Positions 1 through 12,139 of a DNA stretch of 64,000 nucleotides are shown in pieces (the stretch's first letter is position 1; every line of letters begins with the position of its first letter). Made by a program: the position numbers and the translations under genes. Below the pieces are notes generated by a model. That model made no database searches, had not been told where the DNA came from, and saw only the letters and a program-made list of their open reading frames with translations. The stretch lies in the NCBI RefSeq assembly GCF_018350175.1, contig NC_058368.1, positions 203,114,001 to 203,178,000 of the forward strand. Reading direction: 5' to 3'. This stretch comes from Felis catus (lineage: Eukaryota).

Positions 1-108
1 TGAAGTAGGCTCCAGGGTCTGAGCTGTCTGCACAGAGTCCTACATGGGGCTTGAACCCATAAACCTTGAGATCATGACCTGAGCCGAAGTCAGATGCTCA
101 AATGACCC
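1..108 (-). mobile_element. Can-SINE, partial (cut by window edge)
   Basis: Reverse-strand SINE motifs gagctgtctgcacagag and gagatcatgacctgagccgaagtc. Confidence 0.9.
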
Positions 109-726
109 CATAACTAACTATTCTTGATCTTAATGTCACAAAATATAAAATCAAACGATGACCATCACCATTCTAACTTCTATTTGAATGCTTGCCCTCA
201 GGCAGATAAGGTAAAATACACAGCAGACTCCCTGTATTTATTAGATAGAATTAATTTTAAGTAAACAAATGATTTATCACTATTAGTATCATAATTAGTT
301 ATAGTGATATATCTATCCAAATTCAAGTCATTATTTCCTCTTTAGTATGTCATTTCCCTAAAAAAGCAGAGAACAAAGATGAGAAGAGAACCAACATTTC
401 TTATCACTGTTCTATCCAGGCCCTTTTGTTAGATGTATTATCGCAGCTTTATGGAATATTTAGTCCTATAACTCTATCCTCATTGTGGCAGCAAATATTA
501 TTATGGAACAGAAAGAAGCATGATCAACCTTTTTAAAGTGAAAACAATGACTAATAAATGGCACAACTTAAGATGCAGATAGGAAGGAAATGTCTCTTGT
601 TAGTTTGATTTGTTATTTCTCTCTTCTTAAAAGAAACTTCCTTTGTCCCATGGTAGAATTCTACCTATTGGTACTGAACCATTTTGGCTAAGAGGCAACT
701 ACATAGCATAGAGATGGGAAAGTGTT

Positions 727-916
727 GGGGAGCCTCGGTGGCTCAGTTGGTTAAGAGCCCAACTTTGGCCCAGGTCATGATTTCATGGTTTGTGAGTTTC
801 AGCCCTGCATCAGGCTTTCTGCTGTGGGCACAGAGCCTGCTTCAGATCCTCTGACCCCTTTTCTCTTTGCCCCCCTCCTCTCAAAAATAAATAAACGTTA
901 AATTTAAAAAAAAAAA
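727..916 (+). mobile_element. Can-SINE
   Basis: ggggagcctcggtggctcagttggttaag head, CT tract, aataaa and poly-A; degenerate TSD agatgg(g/a)aaa. Confidence 0.95.
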
Positions 917-1000
917 AGATGGAAAAAGGTAGAGGATAACGTAAAGCATGAAAAAAATATCAAAATTTCACAAAGAACTTTTGAATAGATATTAACCCAG

Positions 1001-1364
1001 TATATGAGTTTTCTAGGACTGCCATAACAAAGAACTGGGTGGCTTAAACAACAGAAACTTATTTTCTTATATAGATACAAGATCCAGCCATTGGCAGAGT
1101 TGATTTCTTCTTAGACTTATAGATGGCCATTTTCTCTCTGTACCTCTACATCACATTCATTCTGTATGTGTCTGTGTCCAAACTCCCTCTTCTTATAAGG
1201 ACACTTATAATCACATTGGATTACTGCCTACTCTAATGACATCACTTAATTTAATTACCACTTTGAAGACCCTGTCTCCAAATGCTGTCACATGCTAAAG
1301 TACTGGGGGTAGGACTTCAACATATGAATTAGGTCGGGGGAGGGGCACAGTTCAGCCCATAATA
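1001..1364 (-). mobile_element. MaLR solo LTR (MLT1B/C-like)
   Basis: Matches recalled MLT1 consensus (ctgggtggcttaaacaacagaaa...gtactgggggtaggacttcaacatatgaat); 5-bp TSD cccag at 996-1000 and 1365-1369. Confidence 0.9.
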
Positions 1365-2270
1365 CCCAGCAAAACACAAAAAGCCTGAGAATTTTGAAGT
1401 AGGAATTACTATTATTTCTTCAAGTTACCTCCAGTTTTCCAACTAAAAAACAATGGAGCAAATATATTTAACTTGTCCGAAGCCAACCTACCAAGCTTAA
1501 TAAGATTTTTAGTTTCATATGCTGAGGGGGCAGATCCTCCCATCCATAACAAAATTAAACAAGTCTTTGAGAAAGTTGACCCACATGATAATCAGCTATT
1601 GAAAGTAACACACACAAGGGTTCACTTCCTTTTTTTGTTGTTGTTACTTTGTTGGGTTTTGTTGGGTTTTCTTTTGCTTTGTTTTTTTTTTCCTTTTTGT
1701 CAAAGTTATTATTTGATAGGGTCATTTCCTGCATCAGATTAGAAAGAGAAGAGAAAGCTGATATACCTGTTGACATATATTTATCTTCTTGATGACATTT
1801 AAAATTCATTTTTTGAATGCCAAGCTTAGTCATTCTACTCTCCCAGGCATTTGATTTTACTTCTTTGAAGATAGTGAAACTCATCATAATTGTATTGAAG
1901 GGATAAGTGAAGAAGGTAAATGACAAGAAAACACCCAAGGAAATATGCCATTGAGTGGTAAACAGCATACTCTTCATACCTAGAAAAGAAATCAACCCAC
2001 CAGGAATCGTCTATAGAAATAGAGCATTAGATCCTTCTTTCTATAAGGTAATTTACTGATTATTTTAAAAATGGGTTCCAAGATAACAACTTTGAATGAG
2101 TCTTCCTGTAAACTTTAAAAGCATACATTCACTCAAAATTATGCTAAATGATATTTCTTATTTCAAAGTATAATCATTTTCCCACAAATCATATCACTGC
2201 TAAGTATAAAACTAAAAGATTACCTGTAATTTGCAACTTTTTAATAAAAAAATTAATGAAATTGAGCTTT

Positions 2271-3321
2271 TGCCGGAGACCAGCTCCAGCAACCAGGGTT
2301 CCTGAAGGAAAAACGGCATCGGTGAAAATAAAACAAAACTAAAATAAAAAACTAAAATAAAAAACTAAAATAAAAAACTAAAATAAAAACAAAAAATAAA
2401 AATGGACACAGACAACAGCAGTGTGTTGAACTGGCCAATTTATTGTAGTAAACGTGGCATTATATTTGCTAGTGATTTCCTTGTAGCATACATCATCTAT
2501 GTTTTTCTAACATTACCTAATTTTGAAAATGTTCCTATGTGTAATCAACCTTTAAGAAATAACATGGCGATTTTCCCCTAACTTTCCCGCATACCCTTTG
2601 ATTATTAATTTCTTACATTATGCCATTATGCATCTGCGTTTATCTATAATCTACAAAGCATTTGCTTTGCTGTTCTCGTGAAAGGCCCTCCATTTCTCAA
2701 CACCTCAAGTGGAACAGTTACAGGGACATGACCTCCTAACCACATGAGGCCAGAAGAACAATGTGTTTGCCTCGGTCCGAGGTGCCAGAAAGGGGCTGAA
2801 AAAGCCTTAGAAACCCACGCCCCATACATTCTCAGAGAGGCAATGCACCTAGGAACCGATGAACCATTCTGTACCTTAACCGACTAGGTTCAGTCATCAT
2901 CTGGAATGCCTCCGGGGGCCAGGCGGGCCTAGGGGTTGAAGTCACCTGTGCCCAGAGATACACTCCTTAGTTGCCAGAGTGGGGCTTTCAAATCCATATG
3001 TCTCTCCTTTACAGGCCCTCTTTGCTGGCAAAGGTATGAGGCTATCCTTCCTGTAAGTACAGGAGTCTCCATAGAGGATGGCAGGGGCTAAACCTAAGGC
3101 CGCACAATTTCTTGCTGAACCTTACTTTCTTCCCTAATGGTTCTTTTCCCAGGGGGCCTGCCGAGGGCAATTCCCCAACAGACAATACCCCAGGTAGTTT
3201 TAAGGCCAAATTACCTAAAAGCCGGAGTACAAGAAGCTTCTCTGTCAGGCTGCCCTGCAGTCACCAATCCATCCACAGCCGGGGCCCTGCCACTCAGGCT
3301 GGGAGAGCTCGGCTTCCAACA
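2271..3321 (-). mobile_element. Solo LTR, 1051 bp, ERV-K/betaretrovirus-like
   Basis: TG...CA termini; perfect 6-bp TSD agcttt (2265-2270, 3322-3327); on the minus strand a TATA-like box (~2460-2466) lies about 20 bp upstream of AATAAA (2439-2444); GC- and CpG-richer than flanks. Confidence 0.88.
2325..2402. repeat. A-rich tandem repeat (~aaaactaaaataaa)n inside the LTR U5 region
   Basis: Direct inspection. Confidence 0.9.
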
Positions 3322-3555
3322 AGCTTTGAAGGGCAAATGACTTTCATCATTCACATTTTTGTAGCTTACTTGTAACAATAATATATCTTATTGCTTACTT
3401 TGGGAAACATCCATAGTTATGCCTCTCAGAATGAAGTATTCTTATACCACATTTTGGCTTGATTAATAATATACATTCAGAGATGCTCAAAAGGAGATAC
3501 TTCACGGAACTGAGATGAGTTACATGTATGCTTCACTTAAAAGGCTTAAAGTCAA

Positions 3556-3780
3556 GGGGCACCTGGGTGGCTCAGTTGGTTAAGCGTCTGACTTCAGCTC
3601 AAGTCATAATCTCATGGCTTGTGGGTTCTTGCCCCGCGTCAGGCTCTGTGCTGACAGCTCAGAGCCTGGAGCCTGCTTCAGATTCTCTGTCTCTCTCTCT
3701 CTCTCTGCCCCTCCCCTGCTCTTGCTCTGTTTCTCTCTCTCTCTCAAAAGTGAATAAACATTAAAAAAAATTAAAAAAAA
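3556..3780 (+). mobile_element. Can-SINE
   Basis: Full head, CT tract and A tail; TSD aa(g/c)gcttaaagtca. Confidence 0.97.
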
Positions 3781-4979
3781 AACGCTTAAAGTCAGACCTC
3801 CTTTGTCTAGAATTTCTCCCTTGGCCTTTCCCATTTCCAAAGAGATTCCATTATCCCCCCAAGGGGATATTTTAGACATCTTTTTTTTTCTTTTCCAAAT
3901 TGCCTCTGCAGCCATGACATTTTAATAACATAGATATACTACAGCGAATGTATCATATATCAGCCAACATACTATATAGATATCTATGTACTATATATAA
4001 AAAATAGCAAGATTTTTTCATCTCCCAAGAACAAATGTTTATCCCCTTGGAGGTGATTTTGCCCCCACTGGGAATGCATGTTACAGAGTGACAAATAGCA
4101 CATTACGGGGCATTAGTCACACAATAAATGTTTACTGTCAAACATGTTTAGAAAATAGTTTCTTAACATGGTGTCCACAGAAACCTCACAGAATTCGGGG
4201 TGCGCTCACCAAAGTCATATGGAAAAATTTGGTTCCTCATGAATTGTCCTGAGAAGGTGCACAGCTTTCACTATATGCTCAAATTCTTCCTCGAGAAAGA
4301 AATTAAGAAGCAGTGATTTCAGACCAATAGACAAAGGGACATTGTATGCTGGAAATAATTGTTTATTTTCTACAGCACTGGAGATGTTTGAAAGCCATTA
4401 ACGGAATTAATGCATTCTATATAATAATTTCCATTTCCCTTTCTTGAAATATCCAAATTCAATCTAGATCACTAAACTTATAGAGCACTGACTTTGTGAA
4501 AATGGCTACATATGTGAAGAAAGTGGAACACTCTCTTAAGGAGCTTTCTTAGAACAAGTGTTTTTGTTAGACTGTTTGCACGGTTACCCAAGTTTTAGCC
4601 TCAAAGATGCTAGTAGGATTACCAGACATATACATTCATTTGGTTGTATGTGGGAAACTTTGGATCACAGACATAAATTTACAAAGGCCTTTGAGGTCTC
4701 TGAGTGGAATAGCTAGTAAAGAAATCTCAAGCACAACTCCAAAGTGCCTCAGGAGTGTTTAAAATGTTAGGCATGTAGTAAATAAGACAATTTATATGAA
4801 GCTAAAGTTGAAAAAAGACAGAGATTAATTTATATTAGTGTGCTTGCCAGCAAGTTCTTTTATGAAATCCTCCCAACTCCTAAGACCTTTGGCTGAGCTG
4901 AAAAGGCTTAGCATCAGTGGAAATACAAAGGAACGAAATGTGCTTTAATCATATTTCTCAGTTCAAATTTCCATTAGTA

Positions 4980-5360
4980 GTTGGATAAATCAGCAAATGA
5001 TCTTGCAGCAATGAAAATGATCTACAGCTACACACAATAACACGAGTGTACCTCACAAATATAACACTGAACAAACAAAAAGACAAATACAGTTTCCATG
5101 CTTTATAATGCCATTTCTATCACTTCAAAAGTAGGCAAAACCAATCCCTGGTGATAGAAGTCAGAATAGTAGTAGTTGCATTTTGTGTGGGGCTGGGAGG
5201 TGGGTAGTGACAAAAGGGGGCATGAAAGGGACTCCTAGGTTATTAGAAATGGTCTCTTTATCTACGCAGCTTGTACGGTAATACGCGCACTGTGTGAAAA
5301 CTCACTGAGCTCTACATATACGACATATGCCGTAACATATGTATTATACTTTAAAAAAAA
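4980..5360 (+). mobile_element. Ancient L1 (L1MC/ME-type) 3' end
   Basis: aggcaaaaccaatc...gtgatagaagtcagaatagt and tatgtattatactttaaaaaa resemble old L1 3'UTRs. Confidence 0.7.
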
Positions 5361-5677
5361 TCATTTTTTAGCTTTTTGAAGTTTCCGTCTATAGGTGCTA
5401 TATGGCTAATTGGGCCTTTTCATATTTTTATATTAATAAAATAATAATTTGTATACAACATGTTTATGAGAAGCATGTATTTTATGTAAAGGGTACTGTA
5501 AAAGAGATACCTATGTAGACCACAATTATAAAAACAAAAATATCAAAGACGCTGAATCCTTCTCTTACTGAAAATTACTCTTCAGTTACTAAATCTAATC
5601 TGGAATGTTGCGTTTCAAATAGATTTAGCAGCTCCTGGAGTGGCACCACATAACACACTTAAGAAAGGAACTTAAAG

Positions 5678-5830
5678 CCTGAGCAAGTGATGTCATACCT
5701 CTAAATGTTCTACAGTTTATTTGTAAAATGAGGATAACAATAGTATTTACTTTCGTGATTGCCATAAATATCAAAACAGAAAATGTATAAAGTAATTAAT
5801 CCAGTAGCTGGCGCATTCTAGAAACCTTGG
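5678..5830 (+). mobile_element. MIR fragment
   Basis: cctgagcaagt...tgtaaaatgaggataacaatagta core. Confidence 0.6.
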
Positions 5831-6296
5831 AGAGATAGCTATTCTTGGCAGCATTGATAATAGCTTTGAATCAAGAGATTTAAAAACTCATAATCTTCCT
5901 CACTTCTCGTGAAAAGTGCCTGTATCGAACTCATTTTGTTCCCTATTAAGCTTTACCTCGAATCATACTCAACACCCTAAAAATGGACTGTTCTGCTAAT
6001 CCAAGACACCCCAGGGGAAAACTACCTCCTCTCTTTCTAGTGTCTGCCTGGATCACACGTTAGTAATGTTACACCAGAGAAAACAGCCACTGCTCTTCCC
6101 AATCATCTAACTGGGCTCAACTCTGTGGTATGTGTTTCCAGTAGGCATGATTACCCAGGTGATTAAATTATTATCATGATACCTGGAGTCTCTCTCCTTC
6201 TTTCCTTGTTGATGCCGTCATCCTGGCTCATGAGTTGTTTCTGTTTTGTTACATTGCTTTTCTTTCATTGTACTGGTCATTGAGAGTTTCCACGGC

Positions 6297-6509
6297 AACT
6301 GGAATGAACTGGTAAATGTGTAACAAGTAGCTCTCCAGAAGATAAGATACCCAGATTTGTATCGTTTGCTTATTTTTGCATGTAAATACTTCCCCTGTGG
6401 TCTGCATGGTGCTACCTCTATATAGAGGTCACGGAGCACACAAGATCTGGGATGAGATGCACAAAATCTGCCCCGAAAGCCAGTATCAGCCAGCTCTAGC
6501 ACACCACTG
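6297..6509 (-). mobile_element. hAT non-autonomous DNA transposon (MER63A-like)
   Basis: Ends in ctctagcacaccactg; the other end ctggtaaatgtgtaacaa...gctctcc matches recalled MER63 termini. Confidence 0.7.
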
Positions 6510-7082
6510 TGTTAATCCAGATGTGAGCTCAGATATTAAAGGCAAAAATTCACTTTGATCTGTCTTCCTTTCCCTCATTCCTTCCTGCCTTCCCTTTGTT
6601 ATTCTCTCTCCCTCGTAGTCTTTCTTTTTTCTTCTTTTCCCTGAGTAGTTGGATCTTCTCCTCCTCTGGAAGTCACCTTGAATTTGCTCAGGCTATGGAA
6701 TTGCTCTTTTGCATTGCGCTGTATGGAGGCTGCATATGTCCACCACATGGCAAAGTACCTTTGTTTGCTCCTTAACACTCAGGTCTACGCTTGCAAGTCA
6801 GATCACTGGGAACACTGTTGGCAATTGTCTTCTTATAATAGATTAGTCGATTCAAGAACAATCTAAAAATTTTTGGTATGGAACTAGCCCTCATTAGAGA
6901 TTAATGAAGCAAATGGAAGCATATAAATTTGGTGAAAAAAATGTTACATTCTAACAGCATATGGTTGGCAAAACTGCCCAGGATACCGTTTCCACAGAGA
7001 CAAATGCAAGACGTCTATTAGAAAATTCTAGAGAACAAAGTGCTTGTTTTGTTTTACTTTGTTTTTGGCCCCTCCCTCCCTC

Positions 7083-7086
<4 letters not shown>

Positions 7087-7121
<35 letters not shown>
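7087..7121. repeat. (TC)n microsatellite
   Basis: Direct inspection; followed by a duplicated ctctctggag. Confidence 0.95.
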
Positions 7122-7123
<2 letters not shown>

Positions 7124-9476
7124 AGCTCTCTCTCTGGAGCTCTGTCTCTCCCTCCCTCTGACAAAGTCAAAAAATCTTTAATATTTTCCCAGTGTAAAAA
7201 ACATTCTTATGTTGTTTGATATTTGAAGGGTTATTTTTGAAGTGAGACAAATTCCCTTTGTGAATTATATATCAAAAAGTTAAAATCTAAATGAAATTTC
7301 TTTGCGGTACTAATTGGATGAAAGATTTATCTTGACTACTATGGTGAAGATAAATCTGTCTTTGCTTGTCTTCATTTTCTCAGATCTTCGTAAGTATTCG
7401 TCTATAGTCTTTAGATCTGTTGCCAACATAACAGATCAGTCAGGACACTTCTATTTTTAAAATTAGGTTTCGCACCAGCCTACATTCACCAAAATTGGTT
7501 CTACCTATTTGACACCATTCTTGCAGAAAGAAAACTACAGCTTTGCTGAATAGCGCTCCAAACCCCACAGGTGTGTGTGAGGTACAAATTAGATACCATT
7601 TGAAAGGTTTTCTAACTTTCAAACAGTTTTAAAACTTTTTTTTAATTTCCTGCTTAGCCACAATATGAAGTAAAACAAAAATGGAGACTGGTCATTTTAT
7701 AGTTATTACCATTGCTAAGAGGGAAAAATCCTACTGTAATAAATAAATGTTAGGCTCCCAAGGGCAATGACTATATTCAAATCATCTGTCTATCCAGGTA
7801 TTCCCAGGGAAGGACCTCAATTAATGTGTGAGAAAGCTGGGTAAAAATTGTAATACCTAACATTTGTCTATAAGACTTTATATATATTAAGTCATTTTCC
7901 ACTAAGAGAAATTACCTAAGGTCAGTATTGTTAGTTTGCCTTTTTGCATGTTTGCTTGTTAAGAGACTTTATCAATGGATGTGGAAGACAGTGGAATATT
8001 TTTTTAACCTATGATTCTCCAGTTATGATGAACTAATGGGTATTAATTAAAGCCAGGACTAGGGAGGAGCAAGAAAGATACCTAGAAGTTAATGCAGCAC
8101 TAACTTTCAGGATCTTGCAGTACAGGGTCGTGGTCTTGGCTCAGTAATTAAGTCCCATTAACAGAAAAACTCAAATGTTATTAGCTATCACCTCAAACAC
8201 TTGTCTAGGCCACAGCCACATGTCAAATGTCCCTCAGTTACTGCTGTGACTTCCAGGAGATGGTCAAGAATACACTCACTGCTATAGGGATAGTCTGTCA
8301 AAATTTCACTGAGCTATGTTGTAATGTGTAGAAGAAGGGTTTGATTCATAATGTTTCCAGCATTGCTACCTGTGTTGCAAGTCTTACTGAGGTTTAAAGA
8401 AACCACTTTTATGGTCATCATTCCTAGCTCACTGATATCTTCTGGACTTGGACATGAATTCAGTGCAGCCAGTGGGACAGGAAGCAAATATCAGGGATAG
8501 ATCCTCTGCTCATTAGAATGTTCCACCTTCTGATATTCCAGAAATGGATTCCACAGTCATCTCTAGTCTGCTCTATCATTCATGATAAGTGCTCCCTCTC
8601 TCTTTTATCCATTCACCCATCCATCCTTCCATTAACCTATTGATTCAACAAATATCTACAAATAAACTTGTATGAGTTAGGCATAAATCAATGGGGTCTC
8701 AGTGATGGACAAGGATTTACACAGCCTTCTTGCTATTAGACTTCCAAAACCCATCCCACCAACCATCCAGACATGCCTGAATCTTTATACTCAAGTTGGG
8801 ACTTCAATCTAGTTCTACAAAAGTTAAATAAAATGGCTATGTAAAAAATATATATTTTTATTACAAAAATTTCCAATCAGCTCAAAATTGGGGGGGGGAT
8901 ATATTGAGGAAAATATTCCTTTAAGTAAATATACTATGTGGAAGAAATATTTATTTAGCAAACAGTATATTTAGTTGGTTAATTCTGCTCTAGATAAAAA
9001 TACCATGCTGCAATTTTTTTTTCTTAGAATACATCTGAACACACACCTCAAGACAGACAAAAGGAAGCAACTAAACTATAAGAAAATTTATAATTGGGCA
9101 ATCCTGAGGAAAAGTGAAACAATTGGGTTATACTGACTCTTAGAAAGAGACAAAAACATCAAATTCAAGTTATTGAAACTTAAGCAGGAAGCACAATGAC
9201 TATTGTTAGATCTCTGGTGTACATAAAGCTTATTAAATATTATTATACTTAAAATGAAATGTAGTTTTGCGAGACTTAATTTTTGCTCCTATTCACATGG
9301 TCCTAAATACCATCTACCTGGTGCCACTTACAGGGATGTTGGGAAACTCATAAGAAAAAGAATTAGCCTCTGCAAACTAGCCCACTTCTTTTACTGCGTG
9401 CAGAGAAGCTTTTCTTCTTTACTGAAGTGGTAAAGTTTATACGATCTAAACTCTCAATTAAAAAAAAACACCTTCC

Positions 9477-9650
9477 AGAGCACCTGGATGGGTGACTCAG
9501 TCGGTTGAGTGTCCGACTTCAGTTCAGGTCATGATCTCACTCTCCGTGAGTTTGAGCCCCATGTTGGGCTCTGTGCTGACAGCTCAGAGCCTGGAGCCTG
9601 CTTTGGAGTCTGTGTCTCCCTCTTTCTCTGCTCCTCCCCCACTCAGGCTT

Positions 9651-9694
<44 letters not shown>

Positions 9695-9730
9695 CAAAAT
9701 AAATAAACATTTAAAAAATTTAAAAAAAAA
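9477..9730 (+). mobile_element. Can-SINE with expanded (CT)n
   Basis: Head, body, CT tract and A tail. Confidence 0.95.
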
Positions 9731-9750
9731 CTAATTTTGATCTTGTTTCT

Positions 9751-9941
9751 TTTTTTTAATGTTTATTTATTTTTGAGAGAGAGAGAGCATGAGCAGGGGA
9801 GGAGCAAAGAGGGGGGAAGGGGAACTGAGGTGGGCTCTGCGCTGACAGCAGACAGACTGATGTGGGACTCAGACTCACGAACCTTGAGATCATGACCTCA
9901 GCTGAAGTCAGAAGCTGAAAGACTGAGGCACCTAGGCACCC
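9751..9941 (-). mobile_element. Can-SINE
   Basis: TSD ttgatcttgtttct at 9737-9750 and 9942-9955. Confidence 0.95.
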
Positions 9942-10161
9942 TTGATCTTGTTTCTGAGAAAGAAGGGTCTCTGTTCTGATCAAGGCTACATACCCCCTCC
10001 AAATTTTCATAATCTCTCCCTGCTTTCTCTAAGATTTTCTCTGTTAATTGCCTTTTATGCTTTTATCCTCAGTCTTTTTCTTTATTAGTTCTTTCACACT
10101 TGCTGGTATGAATTCCTCAGGCCACTAGTTTAAGAGTTCAATATAAAATTTTTACTAATTC

Positions 10162-10345
10162 TTTTTTTATGTTTATTTATTTTTGAGAGAGAGAGAAAAC
10201 ACGGGGGAGGGGCAGAGAGAGAGTCTCAAGCAGGCTCTGCACCAACAGTGCAGAGCTCTACTGGGGGCTCTATCCCAGGAACCATGAGGTCATGAACTGA
10301 ATTGAAATCAAGAGTCAGACACTTAACTGAGCCACCCAGATATCT
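10162..10345 (-). mobile_element. Can-SINE
   Basis: tttatttatttttgagaga tail through ctgagccacccag head; TSD tttac(t/c)aattctt. Confidence 0.93.
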
Positions 10346-11314
10346 CTTTACCAATTCTTAATTTTCATTTCAAGTGCAAATTCTGGGTTCCAAAACATTA
10401 AATCTAGTAGTTACAAGGAAGTTATCTGGTCACTGGTTGATGGCTTTTGCCTATTTGGTCATAACTGAAATGTACAGTTTTTTCCAGTCCTAAACTATAG
10501 TTCCTTCCAAAGTTGTCCCCTACAACTGTCTGCTATAGTATTCTCTTTTCACAAACTTTAGGCTCCTTCAGAAGCCAAAGGCTCTCTCTCTTTCCACTTG
10601 GCCTTCTTGGAAAACATGGGGGAAACTATTCAATTTGTCCACATAACTCTGAAGGCACAGGAATCCAGGAGAGCTGGATGCCAAGGCCATTTCTGTCTTT
10701 GATACATGGGCCAACCATCCCTCTTCTAACCTCTGATTCTCACAGGCCTAGGGAACTCCCGGGATTACAGATAGGAAACAGGGCACAAGTTCCATTGAAT
10801 TCAGAGTCACTAAATTATCAGAAGAGTTCTATTGTCCACTGTACTCTCTCTCCACCATGGAGCCTACCCAAGGAAGCCAGCCTCTCCTCACTCTCTTCTT
10901 GTCTCTGACTTAGATAATCTCCTGGGAGAAGAAAAAGAAATGACATTCTCATACCTGAAATTTGCATTTGGGGGCTTTTGAACTTAAAAATTGAGAATGT
11001 TAGAGACTTGTTCTCTGGTTCCTATTCCCTTGGAGCAATGGTTCTTTAAGGGCAAAAAGTCTGAATGAAGTATGACTGACTATTAGGCAAAATAAGAATT
11101 ATGGTTATAAATTATCAGTAAACACCTGAAAATATTTCAAACCTGATACACAACCTCTATGCTCTTTCCCTCTTTGAAATTTATTTTATTAATATTTCTT
11201 CACAATTACTTCAGTGTTTTTTTTTTCACAGCCTCCTTTTACTAGCTGTAAACTTATTATTCCTCCATTGCTAAACCTCCTAGGTTGTGATGATTAAATA
11301 AGAAAAAGATTAAA

Positions 11315-11690
11315 TGAGAAGATTCGTTTCAGCTGGTAATAACAGACAACCCCCAAATAACAATGCTTAATTAAGGTAGCATATTCCTTTCCCATGCAAT
11401 AGAATTCAGTTATAGGCTGTTTAGGAAAAGAATGGTGGCCCCATGATTATCAGTCTCCTTTTACCTTCTTTAGTGCCAAGGTCATCTCAAGCTCAAAGAT
11501 AACTGCTCCAATGACAAGTGGCAACAGGAAAGAGGAAGGGGAAGGAAGGACAGGATACCTGCTTTCACTATAGCTTATCTGAAGAAACTTAATCACCCAG
11601 TCACACAAAACTGCCAGCCATAATCTTTTGGTCTCAAGTTTCACAGACATGAATTAGAAGCAAATCCAAGATACCTCATTACATTTGAGG
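11315..11690 (-). mobile_element. Old MaLR LTR fragment (MLT1J/K-like)
   Basis: ttcagctggtaataacaga...aacaatgcttaa pattern; highly diverged. Confidence 0.45.
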
Positions 11691-11749
11691 AAGAAGGTCA
11701 GTTATCCCCTGCCTTCCCTTCAGTGGGAGATGGGACTGCCACACAGAAT

Positions 11750-11758
11750 TCTTTCTTT

Positions 11759-11826
<68 letters not shown>

Positions 11827-11883
11827 TCAATATAATTTATTAAATATAATTTATTGTCAAATTGGTTTCCATACAACACCCAG
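11750..11883 (-). mobile_element. Extremely 5'-truncated felid L1 3' end with (TTTC)n tail
   Basis: tttattgtcaaattggtttccatacaacacccag matches the recalled cat L1 terminus; flanks share cagaat(t)ctt. Confidence 0.75.
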
Positions 11884-12139
11884 AATCTTCCAAACTAGTT
11901 CTCACCAAATCCTGCTGAATCTCCAGCAACCTGACCATTTTAGATCTTGTAGATGACTCATCCAGCAGGTTCACAGACACGTTCTTTGAAATTGCAGCTT
12001 GTTAATCTGACTCACAGCACATTGTAACTTGGAGTTCAGTCAAAGCCTCCAACTTAACATCCTGTTACACTAGTATAAAAGGAAAACCTGATTTTTTGTA
12101 GCCAGCCATCTTAATAAACTTTCTTTTCAGCCCAAATAG

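Noticed and set aside
1473..1995. 89-aa and 146-aa ORFs
   Set aside because: Non-ATG starts, low-complexity T/A tracts and no recognisable domain or splice structure.
3845..4082. Possible old hAT transposon fragment
   Set aside because: Only a short end motif is recognisable and I could not define the family or both termini.
10513..10908. 131-aa ORF
   Set aside because: TTG start, no recognisable homology; consistent with chance.
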